Assembly (NCBI GenBank): GCA_947478865.1
Contig: CANJXF010000005.1
Span: forward strand, 9,846 to 73,845
Direction of reading: 5' to 3'
Length of the DNA stretch: 64,000 nucleotides
Source of the DNA: Verrucomicrobiales bacterium
GTDB taxonomy: Bacteria > Verrucomicrobiota > Verrucomicrobiia > Limisphaerales > CANJXF01
The stretch's first letter is position 1; every line of letters begins with the position of its first letter. The notes under the pieces are model-generated. The model was not told the origin of the DNA, searched no databases, and saw only the letters and a list, made by a program, of their open reading frames with translations. The position numbers were made by a program, and so were the translations under genes. Of this stretch, positions 41,463 through 51,433 are shown in pieces.

Positions 41463-42515
41463 TTAGACCACCCGAGCGATCCCTTTACCTTTTACAACTT
41501 CGCCGATGATCCAGGCGTTCTGTTTCTGAGCGCGGACGGATTTCAAAACCGCACCAGCCTCAGCGCCATTGACGATCATCGTCATTCCGATACCCATGTT
41601 GAAGACTTGATACAATTCTTCATCCGGCACGCCGCCTTTGGCTTCGATGATTTTGAAAATCGGCAGCATATCCCAAGAACCTTTGCGGATCAGGACATCG
41701 CAATTTTTCGGCAACACGCGTGGAATGTTGTCCACAAACCCGCCGCCCGTAATGTGCGCGAGCCCTTTGATCACCCGCGCTTTTCCAGTGGCGTTGAATT
41801 TTTTCAAAAGCTTCTGCACCAGCGGGCCGTAGCTGACATGGACTTTGAGCATTTCATCGCCAATCGTGTTTCCCAGCTCCGCAACGCGGCTCTTCGGCTT
41901 GAGCTTGAGTTTCTCAAAGAAAATCTGGCGGGCAAGGGAGTAACCGTTGGTGTGCAATCCGCTGGACTCCAAACCAATCACCACATCGCCGGGCCGGATC
42001 GTTTTGCCATCGAGCATTTTGGATTTGTCCACCACTCCGACAATGGTTCCGCTGACGTCGTATTCGCCGGGCTGATAAAATCCCGGCATCTGCGCCGTCT
42101 CGCCGCCAATGAGGGCGCAATTATTCTCCGCGCAACCGCTGACAAATCCTTTGATCACTTCCGTAAAAACGTGGGGTTCCAGCTTCCCGGTCCCGAGGTA
42201 ATCGAGAAAAAAAAGCGCCTCGGCACCGAGCACCGCGATGTCATTGACACAATGATTGACGAGGTCGTGACCGATGGTGTCGTGCTTGTCCATCGCGAAG
42301 GCGATTTTCAATTTCGTTCCGACGCCATCCACGCTGGAAACCAGAATGGGCTGCTTATATTTCTTCGTGTCGAGTGCGAAAAGGCCGCCAAACCCCCCGA
42401 CTTTCCCGAGCACTTCGCGGCGATGCGTCGAGGCGAGCAGCTTCGGCAAAGTGGCTTTAACTTTATTTCCGAGATCAATATCCACCCCGGCGGCGGCATA
42501 AGCTTTTTGTTTCAT
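41463..42515 (-). CDS. purM: phosphoribosylformylglycinamidine cyclo-ligase (AIR synthetase)
   Basis: It contains YAAAGVDIDLGN, DGVGTKLKIA, GHDLVNHCVNDI, GGETAQMPG and AHITGGGF. Confidence 0.97.
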   Translation of the reverse strand: MKQKAYAAAGVDIDLGNKVKATLPKLLASTHRREVLGKVGGFGGLFALDTKKYKQPILVSSVDGVGTKLKIAFAMDKHDTIGHDLVNHCVNDIAVLGAEALFFLDYLGTGKLEPHVFTEVIKGFVSGCAENNCALIGGETAQMPGFYQPGEYDVSGTIVGVVDKSKMLDGKTIRPGDVVIGLESSGLHTNGYSLARQIFFEKLKLKPKSRVAELGNTIGDEMLKVHVSYGPLVQKLLKKFNATGKARVIKGLAHITGGGFVDNIPRVLPKNCDVLIRKGSWDMLPIFKIIEAKGGVPDEELYQVFNMGIGMTMIVNGAEAGAVLKSVRAQKQNAWIIGEVVKGKGIARVV

Positions 42516-42537
42516 GCGGCGGGAAGTTAAGCGCGAG

Positions 42538-42572
42538 AAAACTTAAAATTCAAAACTCAAAATTGAAAATTA
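42538..42572. repeat. five tandem heptamers AAAAYTN in the purM upstream region
   Basis: The sequence aaaactt aaaattc aaaactc aaaattg aaaatta was read directly. The last copy overlaps the stop of the upstream MFS gene. Confidence 0.6.
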
Positions 42573-43850
42573 TTCCGGCAGGGGCCTGCCCTTGGTTTCC
42601 GGAGCGAGCCAAATCAAGAAGATTCCAAGAATGTAAACCAGCGTGATCACGGCGCCGGCCTGGGCGTAGCTGCCGTGAAAATGGCCCATTAAATTACCCA
42701 TTTGCAAGGCGCCAACCGCCGCCAGAACCCGACCGAAATTGAATGCCAGCCCTTGGGCCGTCGCCCGCACGCGCGTCGGGAACAGCTCCGGCAAATAGAG
42801 CGGCAACCAGCCGTAAAACGCCGCCGTTAAGCCGCCCACCACGAAGACCATCCCGAGAAATAAATTACCGTATTCGCTCACTCCGCGGAACAAATAGGCG
42901 CATGACCCCAGCGAGCCGAGGCAAAGGATGAAATAGGCTGGCCGTCGGCCGAATCGCCCTCCAAACAAGGCTCCCAAAATACAACCCATTACGGCCCCCG
43001 TGGCGGATGCGATTTGGGTAAATGCTTTGGCCTTGGGCATGGTCGGACCCGCCATTTGGTCACCCCACAATGGAAGCCATTGCACCGAACCCCAGGTTCC
43101 GATCAGCGCGATCGACGCGAAAGCAATCGACAGCATGGTTGTTTTGAATAGCGTCGGCGAAAAGATTTCCTTGAATGGTTTGGATGGTCCTTTTTTGACC
43201 GCCTCTTTCCATTTTTCCGATTCCGGCACGAACAGCCGGATGAAGAATGTGAGCAGGGCCGGCGCGGCGCCGACGAGCATCACCCACCGCCATGACGTGG
43301 GCGTGACTGGAAAGAAAACTCCGAGGACGGCGATCAAGAGATAGCCAACGTTTGCCGCTGCGCCAATGATGCCCGCCATCAGTGGTCGATTTTTTTCCGG
43401 CCAAACTTCCATGACCAAGGCCACGCCGAGCGACCATTCTCCGCCCATGCCAAGCGCGGCGATGAATCGGAAGAAGCCCAGGTGCCACGGCTCTTTCGCA
43501 AAATAACAGAGTCCGGTGAAAAGGGAGTAACAGAGAATGCTCGCTGACATGGCCCGCACGCGCCCGATCCGGTCGCCCAACCAGCCGAAAAACAGCCCTC
43601 CGCAAGCCGCTCCCAATAAAAAGAGCGCCGTGACAATGCCCATCCAGTAGCCGACAAACTTGTCATCCACGATTCCCGTGGCCGCCTGCATTTCACTGAG
43701 CGCCGGCCGCGCCACGAGCGGGAAAATTCCCATTTCCATGCCGTCGAACATCCATCCCAGAAATGCGGCGAGGAGCACCATCCACTTCCCTTTGTTCATG
43801 GCGGAATTGGTCTCAGTGCGGGATGAAGGTTGTGATGAGGCAACGGGCAT
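42570..43850 (-). CDS. MFS transporter
   Basis: The 426-aa protein has 12 predicted TM helices. Its MFS motifs are GWLGDRIGRVR (the loop 2-3 D-R/K-x-G-R-R/K type) and FGGRFGRR. The start may be ATG 43799. Confidence 0.85.
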   Translation of the reverse strand: MPVASSQPSSRTETNSAMNKGKWMVLLAAFLGWMFDGMEMGIFPLVARPALSEMQAATGIVDDKFVGYWMGIVTALFLLGAACGGLFFGWLGDRIGRVRAMSASILCYSLFTGLCYFAKEPWHLGFFRFIAALGMGGEWSLGVALVMEVWPEKNRPLMAGIIGAAANVGYLLIAVLGVFFPVTPTSWRWVMLVGAAPALLTFFIRLFVPESEKWKEAVKKGPSKPFKEIFSPTLFKTTMLSIAFASIALIGTWGSVQWLPLWGDQMAGPTMPKAKAFTQIASATGAVMGCILGALFGGRFGRRPAYFILCLGSLGSCAYLFRGVSEYGNLFLGMVFVVGGLTAAFYGWLPLYLPELFPTRVRATAQGLAFNFGRVLAAVGALQMGNLMGHFHGSYAQAGAVITLVYILGIFLIWLAPETKGRPLPE

Positions 43851-43985
43851 AGTTTTTTGGCGTTCGAAACGTTATCGCACACTTCACTTTGGCGGCGCAA
43901 CGCTTTATCCGGTAAACCGGCTGCTCCAGTTAATTGACTCGCAAAATAGATTATGTGAATCTGCGACCAGGACATTTTTCAAATC

Positions 43986-44828
43986 ATGGAAATCAGGAAA
44001 GCAATCGTCACGGCAGCCGGAAAAAATCAGCGAACGTTGCCGCTGCAAACTTTGGTGGACCGCGATGGCATTCAGAAGACGGCTCTCAGCATCATCATTG
44101 AGGAAATCCTGCGCGCCGGCATTGAGGAGATTTGCGTCGTGGTTTCGCCCGGTGACCAAACTGCGTATCGCTGCGCCGCCGGAAGTCACGCGAGCCGCTT
44201 GCAATTCGTGGAGCAATCGTCGCCGCTCGGTTACGGCCACGCGATCCAATGCGCGCGTGATTTCAGCGCCACCGAACCTTTTCTTTTGCTCGTCGGCGAC
44301 CATCTCTATCTCACACATCAAGCCAAGGGTTGCGCCGAACAGTTGACCGAAATGGCTCGGGCCGAATCGTGTTCCGTTTCCGCAGTCCAGGCGACGCACG
44401 AAAGCAAATTGCCCTACTATGGAACCGTTGGCGGCAGGCTCGTGACCGGTCGGCAGCGGCTTTATCAAGTGGAGCAAGTCGTCGAGAAACCGACGCCAAC
44501 TGAAGCTGAGCAGAAATTGATCGTTCCCGGTTTGCGCGCGGGACATTACCTCTGCTTTTTCGGCATGCACGTGCTCACCCCGACCGTAATGGAGATTCTC
44601 ACCGAACTCGTGGCCGAATCCGGCGAAAAAGGCGGCGTGCAACTGACCACTGCGCTAAAAAAGATGGCGTCGCGAGAGCCTTACCTCGCCTTGGAATTGC
44701 AGGGGCGCCGCTACGACATCGGCGTGAAATACGGTTTGCTCATCGCCCAACTCGCTCTCTCCCTCGATGGCAAAGACCGCGACGAAGTGCTCACCCAAAT
44801 GATCGATCTTCTGGCCGTCCGAAAATAA
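43986..44828 (+). CDS. GalU-like sugar-1-phosphate nucleotidyltransferase with a divergent N-terminal signature
   Basis: The GalU-like layout is [18 protein letters not shown]...[18 protein letters not shown]...PLGYGHAI...LLVGDHL...YDIG. The canonical GLGTRFLPATK is replaced by [11 protein letters not shown]. Confidence 0.65.
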   Translation: MEIRKAIVTAAGKNQRTLPLQTLVDRDGIQKTALSIIIEEILRAGIEEICVVVSPGDQTAYRCAAGSHASRLQFVEQSSPLGYGHAIQCARDFSATEPFLLLVGDHLYLTHQAKGCAEQLTEMARAESCSVSAVQATHESKLPYYGTVGGRLVTGRQRLYQVEQVVEKPTPTEAEQKLIVPGLRAGHYLCFFGMHVLTPTVMEILTELVAESGEKGGVQLTTALKKMASREPYLALELQGRRYDIGVKYGLLIAQLALSLDGKDRDEVLTQMIDLLAVRK

Positions 44829-44841
44829 CGAGTTCTCCGCC

Positions 44842-47800
44842 ATGCCTGGAAAACTCATCCAAATCATCACGGCGACCGACCCCGCCATCCGCAATCAATC
44901 GCTCGATGCATTTTGCCGCTCGGCGTCGCTCGACCAACTGCTGGCCGAATGCGCCGAGCTGGAAACGTTCCGCCGCACCAGCGAAAATCTCTACGAACGG
45001 GTTCGCGCTTTATTTTTTCTCTACGCCATTCACCGCTTTCATCTTCCCGAGAAAAAAGGAATCGGCACTCGTGGGCAAATTTCCTTCAAAGCCTATTCGC
45101 ATTTGTTGCAACGCCGATTCGAAGAGGCGATCGAAGTTTTCCTGACCGTCCAGAAAAACGAGGGAGCGAGCGACGCCATTTCCAGCGCGCTCGCCTCGGC
45201 CTACTATCGTCTGGCCATTCAAACCCTCGCCGATCAGGTGCGCCGCAGCGTTCGTTCGGTGCGCGGCAACCAATGGATGTTTCGCATGGGCCATCCCGCC
45301 GATCAGCCTTTGCGGCTGCGCCCGGAACTTCTGCAAACCGGCGCGGATGGCGGTTACCCGATTTTGTGCGAGCGCACCCCGGTGCGGATGGATCTGACGC
45401 ATAGCGCCTGGAGCGATATTTTCTTTTTGGGGATGGATTTTCCCGAAGGCGCGAACGTGCTGAACGTCTCGATTAATCTCGGTGTGAAAGGGCGCGATGC
45501 CGCTCCGAAACCTCCGATTGAAGCCTATCTGCGCGCCATCGAAGAACCGGTTTTACGCCTAACAAGCGTTGATCTCGGCGCGACTGCGGACATCACGAGC
45601 CTCAATGAAGTTTTCGATTTTGCGAAAGATTATCTCGGCCTTTTGAAATCCGCCGTGATCGCATCCGGGATCGTGCCGCCCGGCATCGAAGGCTCCGGAC
45701 AAAATCTTTCCGATCTGCTCGCGCGCGTGGTTGGCCCGGGTCGCGGCCTCGAACTCGTCAGCAACGTGAACAACATTCCGAAAGGTTCACGACTCGCCGT
45801 CTCAACGAATCTTTTGGCTGCGCTGATTTCCGTTTGCATGCGGGCCACGCGCCAGGCGCAATCGCTCGAAGGCGCGCTCGATGAAAGCGAACGCCGCCTC
45901 GTTTTGGCTCGCGCCATTCTTGGCGAATGGCTCGGCGGTTCGGGCGGAGGCTGGCAGGACTCCGGTGGCGTCTGGCCGGGCATAAAATTGATTCGCGGCG
46001 TTTCCGCAGAGTCCGGCGATCCGGAATCCGGCGTCAGCCGCGGTCGCCTGATGCCGCAGCACACCATTCTCGATGCCTCGGTGGTCTCGGCGGAAATGCG
46101 CGAGAAATTGCAGAACAGCCTCGTGCTCGTTCACGGCGGCATGGCGCAAAACGTCGGCCCCATCCTGGAAATGGTGACGGAAAAATATCTGCTCCGCTCC
46201 GAAGCCGAGTGGCAAGGTCGACAGGAAGCGCTCGGCATTCTCGAAGAAATTCTTTCCGCGCTGAGCGCCAAAGATGTTCAAGCCGTCGGCAAAGCGACGA
46301 CCCGAAATTTTCATGGCCCGCTGCAAACCATCATTCCGTGGGCGAGCAATTCCTACACGGAAACGTTGATCGACCGCGTCCGCGCCGAGTTCGGCGAGAG
46401 CTTCTGGGGCTTCTGGATGCTCGGTGGGATGTCGGGCGGCGGGATGGGATTTATTTTCGCTCCTGATAAAAAAGCCGCCGCCCAGAAACGCCTCCAGGAA
46501 ATCATGTCCGAAGCCAAACGCGAATTGGAAAGCGCACTCCCCTTCGCGATGGATCCCGTGGTTTACGATTTTGCCATCAACGAAAACGGCACCTTCGCCG
46601 AATTGCTCGCCGGCGAGAAAGCCGTTTTGCCAGCGGGCTACTATGCGCTGACCGTTCCGCAATTGCTCCGGCTTGATCCGCGAAACCTTTCCGCGTTGCG
46701 TCGCGCCGAGCTGGATCATTTCAGCGCCGCTTCCCGCAGCAAGCCGGAATTGCGCGGCATGATGCAGGTGCTGTTCGATCGTTTATTGCCGAAGATGCAG
46801 CGCGATAACTCCGGCGAAAAAGCGCTCGCCACGCTGCTCGACGAAAATGGTTTCGATCGCGCGCAACACGAGCAGATTCGCGCCGATTTGAAAGACGGCC
46901 GGATCGGCCTCGCGCAAAATCGTTTGCCGCAGGCCACGACCATTGAAGATGTTCGCGATGGGGACGTGCTGAACGCTTCTGTGCTGGTCGCTACCTCCAA
47001 GGAATTTCGAGCCATCGGCGAACGCGCCATTGCGAACGGCGAAGTTGCGGTCGTCACCCTCGCCGCTGGAATCGGCAGCCGTTGGACGCAAGGCGCGGGC
47101 GCGGTCAAGGCGCTCCATCCGTTCTGCAAACTGGCGGATCGCCATCGCACGTTCATCGAGACACACCTGGCGAAGAGCCGCCGCGTTTCCAAACAGTTTG
47201 GCGTGGTGTTGCCGCACGTTTTTACGACGAGTTATCTCACGCACGCGCCGATTGAATCTTTTCTGGCGCGGTTAAAAAACTACCATTATTCCGGCCCGCT
47301 CGTTCTCTCGCCCGGCCGCGCGATTGGTTTGCGCATGATTCCGATGGAGCGCGATTTGCGTTTTGCCTGGGAAGAAATGCCGCAACAACTCCTCGATGAG
47401 CAGGCGCAAAAAGTTCGCGCCAGTCTCCACACGGCGTTGATCGATTGGGCTAAGCAGTCCGGCGAAGCGAGCGATTACACCGACAATTTGCCGGGTCAAT
47501 GTCTGCATCCGGTGGGGCACTGGTATGAGATTCCCAATCTGCTGCGCAACGGGGTTCTGCTCAAATTATTGAAGGCGCAGCCGCAATTAAAATATCTCCT
47601 GCTGCACAATGTGGACACGCTCGGCGCGAATGTGGATCCGGCGTTGCTCGGCCTGCACATCACTCAGGGGGGCTGTCTCTCCTTCGAAATGATTACCCGG
47701 CGCATCGACGATCGCGGCGGCGGTTTGGCGCGCGTCAATGGAAACGTGCGGATCGTCGAAGGTTTGGCCATGCCGAGCGAAGAAGCCGAATTCGATCTCT

Positions 47801-48171
47801 CGTATTACAACTCGATGACGACCTGGATCGAATTGGACAAACTGCTCGAGGTCTTCAAATTATCCCGCGCCGATTTGGCCGATGAAGAAAAAGTTTCCGC
47901 CGCCATTCGAACTTTGGCTGCGCGCTTGCCGACTTACATCACGCTCAAAGAGGTCAAGAAACGTTGGGGACATGGTCAGGAAGATGTTTTTCCGGTCGCT
48001 CAGTTTGAAAAATTGTGGGGCGACATGAGCGCGCTGCCCGAGGTTGATTGCAAATTTATCATCGTGCCCCGACTGCGCGGCCAACAGTTGAAAGACCAAT
48101 CGCAACTCGACGGCTGGCTTCGCGACGGCTCGGCGGCGCACGTCGAGTCGCTCTGTGATTGGGGCGGATAA
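44842..48171 (+). CDS. 1109-aa multidomain protein: unrecognised N-terminal region + GHMP-kinase-like core + UDPGP-family nucleotidyltransferase
   Basis: The central part has [17 protein letters not shown] (a degenerate GHMP motif II), [12 protein letters not shown] (the GWQD block of fucokinase/HddA-type GHMP kinases) and [14 protein letters not shown] (motif III-like). The C-terminal part has [13 protein letters not shown] and [14 protein letters not shown], as in UDP-sugar pyrophosphorylases. Confidence 0.6.
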   Translation: MPGKLIQIITATDPAIRNQSLDAFCRSASLDQLLAECAELETFRRTSENLYERVRALFFLYAIHRFHLPEKKGIGTRGQISFKAYSHLLQRRFEEAIEVFLTVQKNEGASDAISSALASAYYRLAIQTLADQVRRSVRSVRGNQWMFRMGHPADQPLRLRPELLQTGADGGYPILCERTPVRMDLTHSAWSDIFFLGMDFPEGANVLNVSINLGVKGRDAAPKPPIEAYLRAIEEPVLRLTSVDLGATADITSLNEVFDFAKDYLGLLKSAVIASGIVPPGIEGSGQNLSDLLARVVGPGRGLELVSNVNNIPKGSRLAVSTNLLAALISVCMRATRQAQSLEGALDESERRLVLARAILGEWLGGSGGGWQDSGGVWPGIKLIRGVSAESGDPESGVSRGRLMPQHTILDASVVSAEMREKLQNSLVLVHGGMAQNVGPILEMVTEKYLLRSEAEWQGRQEALGILEEILSALSAKDVQAVGKATTRNFHGPLQTIIPWASNSYTETLIDRVRAEFGESFWGFWMLGGMSGGGMGFIFAPDKKAAAQKRLQEIMSEAKRELESALPFAMDPVVYDFAINENGTFAELLAGEKAVLPAGYYALTVPQLLRLDPRNLSALRRAELDHFSAASRSKPELRGMMQVLFDRLLPKMQRDNSGEKALATLLDENGFDRAQHEQIRADLKDGRIGLAQNRLPQATTIEDVRDGDVLNASVLVATSKEFRAIGERAIANGEVAVVTLAAGIGSRWTQGAGAVKALHPFCKLADRHRTFIETHLAKSRRVSKQFGVVLPHVFTTSYLTHAPIESFLARLKNYHYSGPLVLSPGRAIGLRMIPMERDLRFAWEEMPQQLLDEQAQKVRASLHTALIDWAKQSGEASDYTDNLPGQCLHPVGHWYEIPNLLRNGVLLKLLKAQPQLKYLLLHNVDTLGANVDPALLGLHITQGGCLSFEMITRRIDDRGGGLARVNGNVRIVEGLAMPSEEAEFDLSYYNSMTTWIELDKLLEVFKLSRADLADEEKVSAAIRTLAARLPTYITLKEVKKRWGHGQEDVFPVAQFEKLWGDMSALPEVDCKFIIVPRLRGQQLKDQSQLDGWLRDGSAAHVESLCDWGG

Positions 48172-48216
48172 CTTGCCGACGAAATTGGCTTTGTCATTTA
48201 TCGCGTTACTATTTCC

Positions 48217-48852
48217 TTGATGAAAGAAGCGTATCTCGCCGCAAAAGAACGTTGGGCCCGCAAAATGGCTGGCAAAGCGAAGCCGTCGGTGCGCTCGGAA
48301 AACCGGGTGCCGCCCGGCCAGCGGCAGGTTCACAATTTCCCGGTGCTCGATCTGGGAATTCGGCCCGAAATTCCGCTCGATAAATGGGAACTTAAAATCC
48401 ACGGCAAAGTGGAAAATCCCATCACGCTAAACTGGAAAGACTTCCTGGCGTTGCCGCAATTCAAAGACACGGGCGACTTTCATTGCGTCACAACCTGGAG
48501 CCAGTTCGACATGGAATTTGAAGGGGTCGCGTTTTTCACCCTGGCCGATTTGGTTAAGCCGAAGCCCGAGGCGACGCACGTTTATTTCAAAAGCTACGAC
48601 GGTTATTCCACGAATAACCCTCTGGATGTCTGCATGGACGACGATGTCTTGATTGCGCATTCGTGGAATGGCAAGCCACTCACGCTCGATCACGGCGGTC
48701 CGGCCCGCGTGATCATTCCGAAACGTTACGCCTGGAAAGGGGCAAAGTTCATTCGGGAAATCATCTTCCTAGATCGTGATCTGCTCGGTTTCTGGGAATT
48801 GCGGGGTTACTCGAACACAGCGGATCCTTGGACCGAAGATCGGTTCTCATAA
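48217..48852 (+). CDS. sulfite-oxidase-family molybdopterin-binding oxidoreductase domain protein
   Basis: The 211-aa protein contains WELKIHGKVENPITLNWKDF, FHCVTTWSQFD (the Mo-ligand Cys context), WNGKPLTLDHGGPARVIIP and YAWKGAKFI. Confidence 0.8.
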   Translation: MMKEAYLAAKERWARKMAGKAKPSVRSENRVPPGQRQVHNFPVLDLGIRPEIPLDKWELKIHGKVENPITLNWKDFLALPQFKDTGDFHCVTTWSQFDMEFEGVAFFTLADLVKPKPEATHVYFKSYDGYSTNNPLDVCMDDDVLIAHSWNGKPLTLDHGGPARVIIPKRYAWKGAKFIREIIFLDRDLLGFWELRGYSNTADPWTEDRFS

Positions 48853-48853
48853 C

Positions 48854-49999
48854 GTGCAGACGATTTACTTTGATTACAATGCGACCACTCCGCTCGATTC
48901 CGCGGTGAAGGCTGCCATGCAGCCGTTTTTCGACGAACTTTGGGGCAATCCTTCCAGTGTTCACCACGTCGGCCAACACGCTCGCTCGTTGCTGGATCAG
49001 GCCCGCGATCGCGTCGCGCTTGTTTGGCGAGCGAAGCCGAGCGAAGTTGTTTTTACGAGCGGCGGAACCGAAAGCAACAATCTCGCGATCTTCGGGACCG
49101 CTCGGCATTTGCGTGACAAGGGCCGTCATCTCATCACCTCTCAGATCGAACATCATGCGGTGTTGCATTGCTTTCAATATCTGGAAAAACACGAGGATTT
49201 CAAAGTCACTTACCTACCGGTTAGCAGTGAGGGAATTATTTCCCCTACCGATTTAGCCAACGCGATTCGCCCTGAAACAACTTTGGTTTCGCTGATGGCG
49301 GCGAATAACGAAACCGGTTCCGTTCAACCAATCGCGGAGCTCGGGAAAACTTGTCGCGATAAGGGCGTTATCTTCCACACCGACGCCGTGCAATGGTTCG
49401 GAAAAGAGCCTTTCGAGAGCATCGATCAGTTCAACGCGGATTTGGTTTCCGTCTGCGCTCATAAATTTTATGGGCCAAAGGGTGCCGGTGCTTTGTTTAT
49501 CCGGTCTCCGCTGCTTCCTGATCCGATTCTCTTCGGTGGCGGTCACGAAAATGAACGTCGCGCTGGCACCGAAAACCTTCCTGCGATTATCGGCTTTGCC
49601 GAAGCAACTGAACGTTTCATTAAATCGCCCGTCTTTGACGCTAATAAATTATCCGTTCTATCGAACCAGTTGATTTCTTTCGTCGATTCACTTGAAGGCG
49701 TCACGTTTCGTGGATCTCGAACCTCGCGCCTAAGCAATACTTTGGCGTTCACCGTCGACCGCTCCGACAGCATCGCCTTGCTCGCTGGATTAGATATGGA
49801 AGGTGTTTGTGCTTCAAGCGGCTCTGCGTGTTCAGCTGGATCACTTGAACCGTCCCACGTGATGCTGGCGCTGGGTTTAGATAAAAGAATTGCCAACTCT
49901 CTCGTCCGATTTTCGCTCGGTCGCAACTCGACAATCCCTGAAGTAGAGGCGGTCAAAAAAATTCTACCCCTTGTTATTAACCGGGTCCGCAGCAACTAG
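48854..49999 (+). CDS. cysteine desulfurase (NifS/IscS class V aminotransferase)
   Basis: This is ORF 48776..49999. I place the start at GTG 48854, 1 nt after the preceding stop (VQTIYFDYNATTPLD). The PLP lysine lies in SVCAHKFYGPKG and the active-site loop is SSGSACSAGS. Confidence 0.9.
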   Translation: MQTIYFDYNATTPLDSAVKAAMQPFFDELWGNPSSVHHVGQHARSLLDQARDRVALVWRAKPSEVVFTSGGTESNNLAIFGTARHLRDKGRHLITSQIEHHAVLHCFQYLEKHEDFKVTYLPVSSEGIISPTDLANAIRPETTLVSLMAANNETGSVQPIAELGKTCRDKGVIFHTDAVQWFGKEPFESIDQFNADLVSVCAHKFYGPKGAGALFIRSPLLPDPILFGGGHENERRAGTENLPAIIGFAEATERFIKSPVFDANKLSVLSNQLISFVDSLEGVTFRGSRTSRLSNTLAFTVDRSDSIALLAGLDMEGVCASSGSACSAGSLEPSHVMLALGLDKRIANSLVRFSLGRNSTIPEVEAVKKILPLVINRVRSN

Positions 50000-50207
50000 T
50001 TGTTATCGAATCACCTGTTAATAACATGTGCCGAGTTTTAATAACTTCGAGTATTCGGGACTCAGGTTTTTCCTTAGAAAGTTATCGGGGCACTTTTAGA
50101 TGACGTAAGTGCTTGTCACGACCTTGACAGCAAGAGTTGTTTTAATTATTCACACCCCTTAATAATAAGTAGCTTTTAGATAGAAAAAGAATTGTATTAA
50201 GCCCGCC

Positions 50208-51317
50208 ATGAATTTTTCCATAGCAAAAGATCAATTGATCCACGGATTGCAGTCGGTTCAGAACGTCGTTAGCACGCGCACCACGTTGCCGATTCTCTCC
50301 AACGTGCTGCTGAGGGCTGAGGACAATCGCCTCGAACTTACTGCCACGGATCTCGACGTGACCATCACCTGCTCGGTCGAAGCGAACGTCAAAACGAAAG
50401 GATCGACCACGATTCCGGTCAAGAAGTTATTCGGCGTCGTCCGCGAACTCGGCAGTCCTGAAATCGACGTTGAAACGGATGAGAAGAACGCCAGCAGCAT
50501 CCGAGCGGGAGCATCGTTTTACAAAATTAACGGCCTGAGCGGCGACGAATTTCCACCAGTGCAGAAGTTTAAGGAATCCAAGAAAGTGGTCCTCCCGCAG
50601 GAAAAAGTTAAAAGCATGCTGAAGAAGACGTCGTTCGCCATCTCGACCGACGAATCTCGTTACGTGCTGAATGGAATTTTCATCATCCTTAAAGAACATA
50701 AAATGACGATGGTCGCCACCGACGGCCGACGGCTCGCGATGGTCGATGAAGAAGTCGATATTGCCGAGAGCAGCCAGGGGGAATTCATCGTGCCGACGAA
50801 AGCGGTCAACGAATTGAACCGGTTGTTGCAGGACAAAGGCGAAGTGGAAATCAAATTTACCGAAAACCAGGTTGCCTTCACGTTGAAGGACGAAAAGGGT
50901 TTTTCGATCCTGATCATTTCGAAACTCGTCGAAGGGAATTATCCGAATTATCGACAGGTTATTCCCGCCGAGACGAAGGAGCGGATTTCACTCGTGCGCG
51001 AAGAATTTTTGCAGGCGGTTAAACGAGCGGAATTAATGACGAGCGACAAGTCGAATTCGGTAAAACTGCACTTCACGAAAAATAATTTGGCGATCACCGC
51101 GAATTCGCCCGAAGTGGGTGAAGCGCGCGAAACGTTGGCGATAAATTACAAAGGCAAAGACATCGCCATTGCTTTCAATCCGGCGTATGTGATCGAGCCG
51201 TTGAATGCGCTGAATACGGAAGAAGTTTTCATCGAATTGATCGACGAGCTCAGCCCGGGCGTGTTGAAAATCAACGGGCCGTTTCTCTACGTTGTCATGC
51301 CGATGCGCCTCAGCTAA
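50208..51317 (+). CDS. dnaN: DNA polymerase III beta sliding clamp
   Basis: The 369-aa protein contains LPILSNVLLRAEDNRLELTATDLDV, ATDGRRLA and VMPMRL at the C-terminus. Confidence 0.95.
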   Translation: MNFSIAKDQLIHGLQSVQNVVSTRTTLPILSNVLLRAEDNRLELTATDLDVTITCSVEANVKTKGSTTIPVKKLFGVVRELGSPEIDVETDEKNASSIRAGASFYKINGLSGDEFPPVQKFKESKKVVLPQEKVKSMLKKTSFAISTDESRYVLNGIFIILKEHKMTMVATDGRRLAMVDEEVDIAESSQGEFIVPTKAVNELNRLLQDKGEVEIKFTENQVAFTLKDEKGFSILIISKLVEGNYPNYRQVIPAETKERISLVREEFLQAVKRAELMTSDKSNSVKLHFTKNNLAITANSPEVGEARETLAINYKGKDIAIAFNPAYVIEPLNALNTEEVFIELIDELSPGVLKINGPFLYVVMPMRLS

Positions 51318-51333
51318 GGCTAATTCAATCATC

Positions 51334-51364
51334 AAAAAGAGCGCTTAACCGCGCTCTTTTTTTT
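51334..51364 (+). terminator. rho-independent terminator after dnaN
   Basis: The sequence aaaaagagcgc ttaacc gcgctctttttttt forms a GC stem flanked by an A-tract and a T-tract. Confidence 0.75.
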
Positions 51365-51433
51365 GTGAATGACGCGTGAATAAGTTTAACAACTTAACCG
51401 TGAGGTTTTCCTCTAAGCACCTAGACTCACGCC

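Noticed and set aside
41448-42530. A 360-aa plus-strand ORF covers the whole of purM on the opposite strand. Similar gene-length antisense ORFs occur at 35841..36926, 37499..38380, 38839..39693, 45802..46719, 9867..10673, 54695..55426 and 27478..28356.
   Set aside because: For the two pairs I checked (41448..42530 over purM and 35841..36926 over the sulfatase), the shadow ORF lies in the exactly codon-opposed frame of a gene with strong family motifs. In that frame, stops can arise only opposite TTA, CTA and TCA codons, which these genes largely avoid. The other listed ORFs were not phase-checked. All translations are Arg/Gly/Ala/His-rich with no recognisable motif, signal or start context. 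I treat them as shadow ORFs, not overlapping genes.
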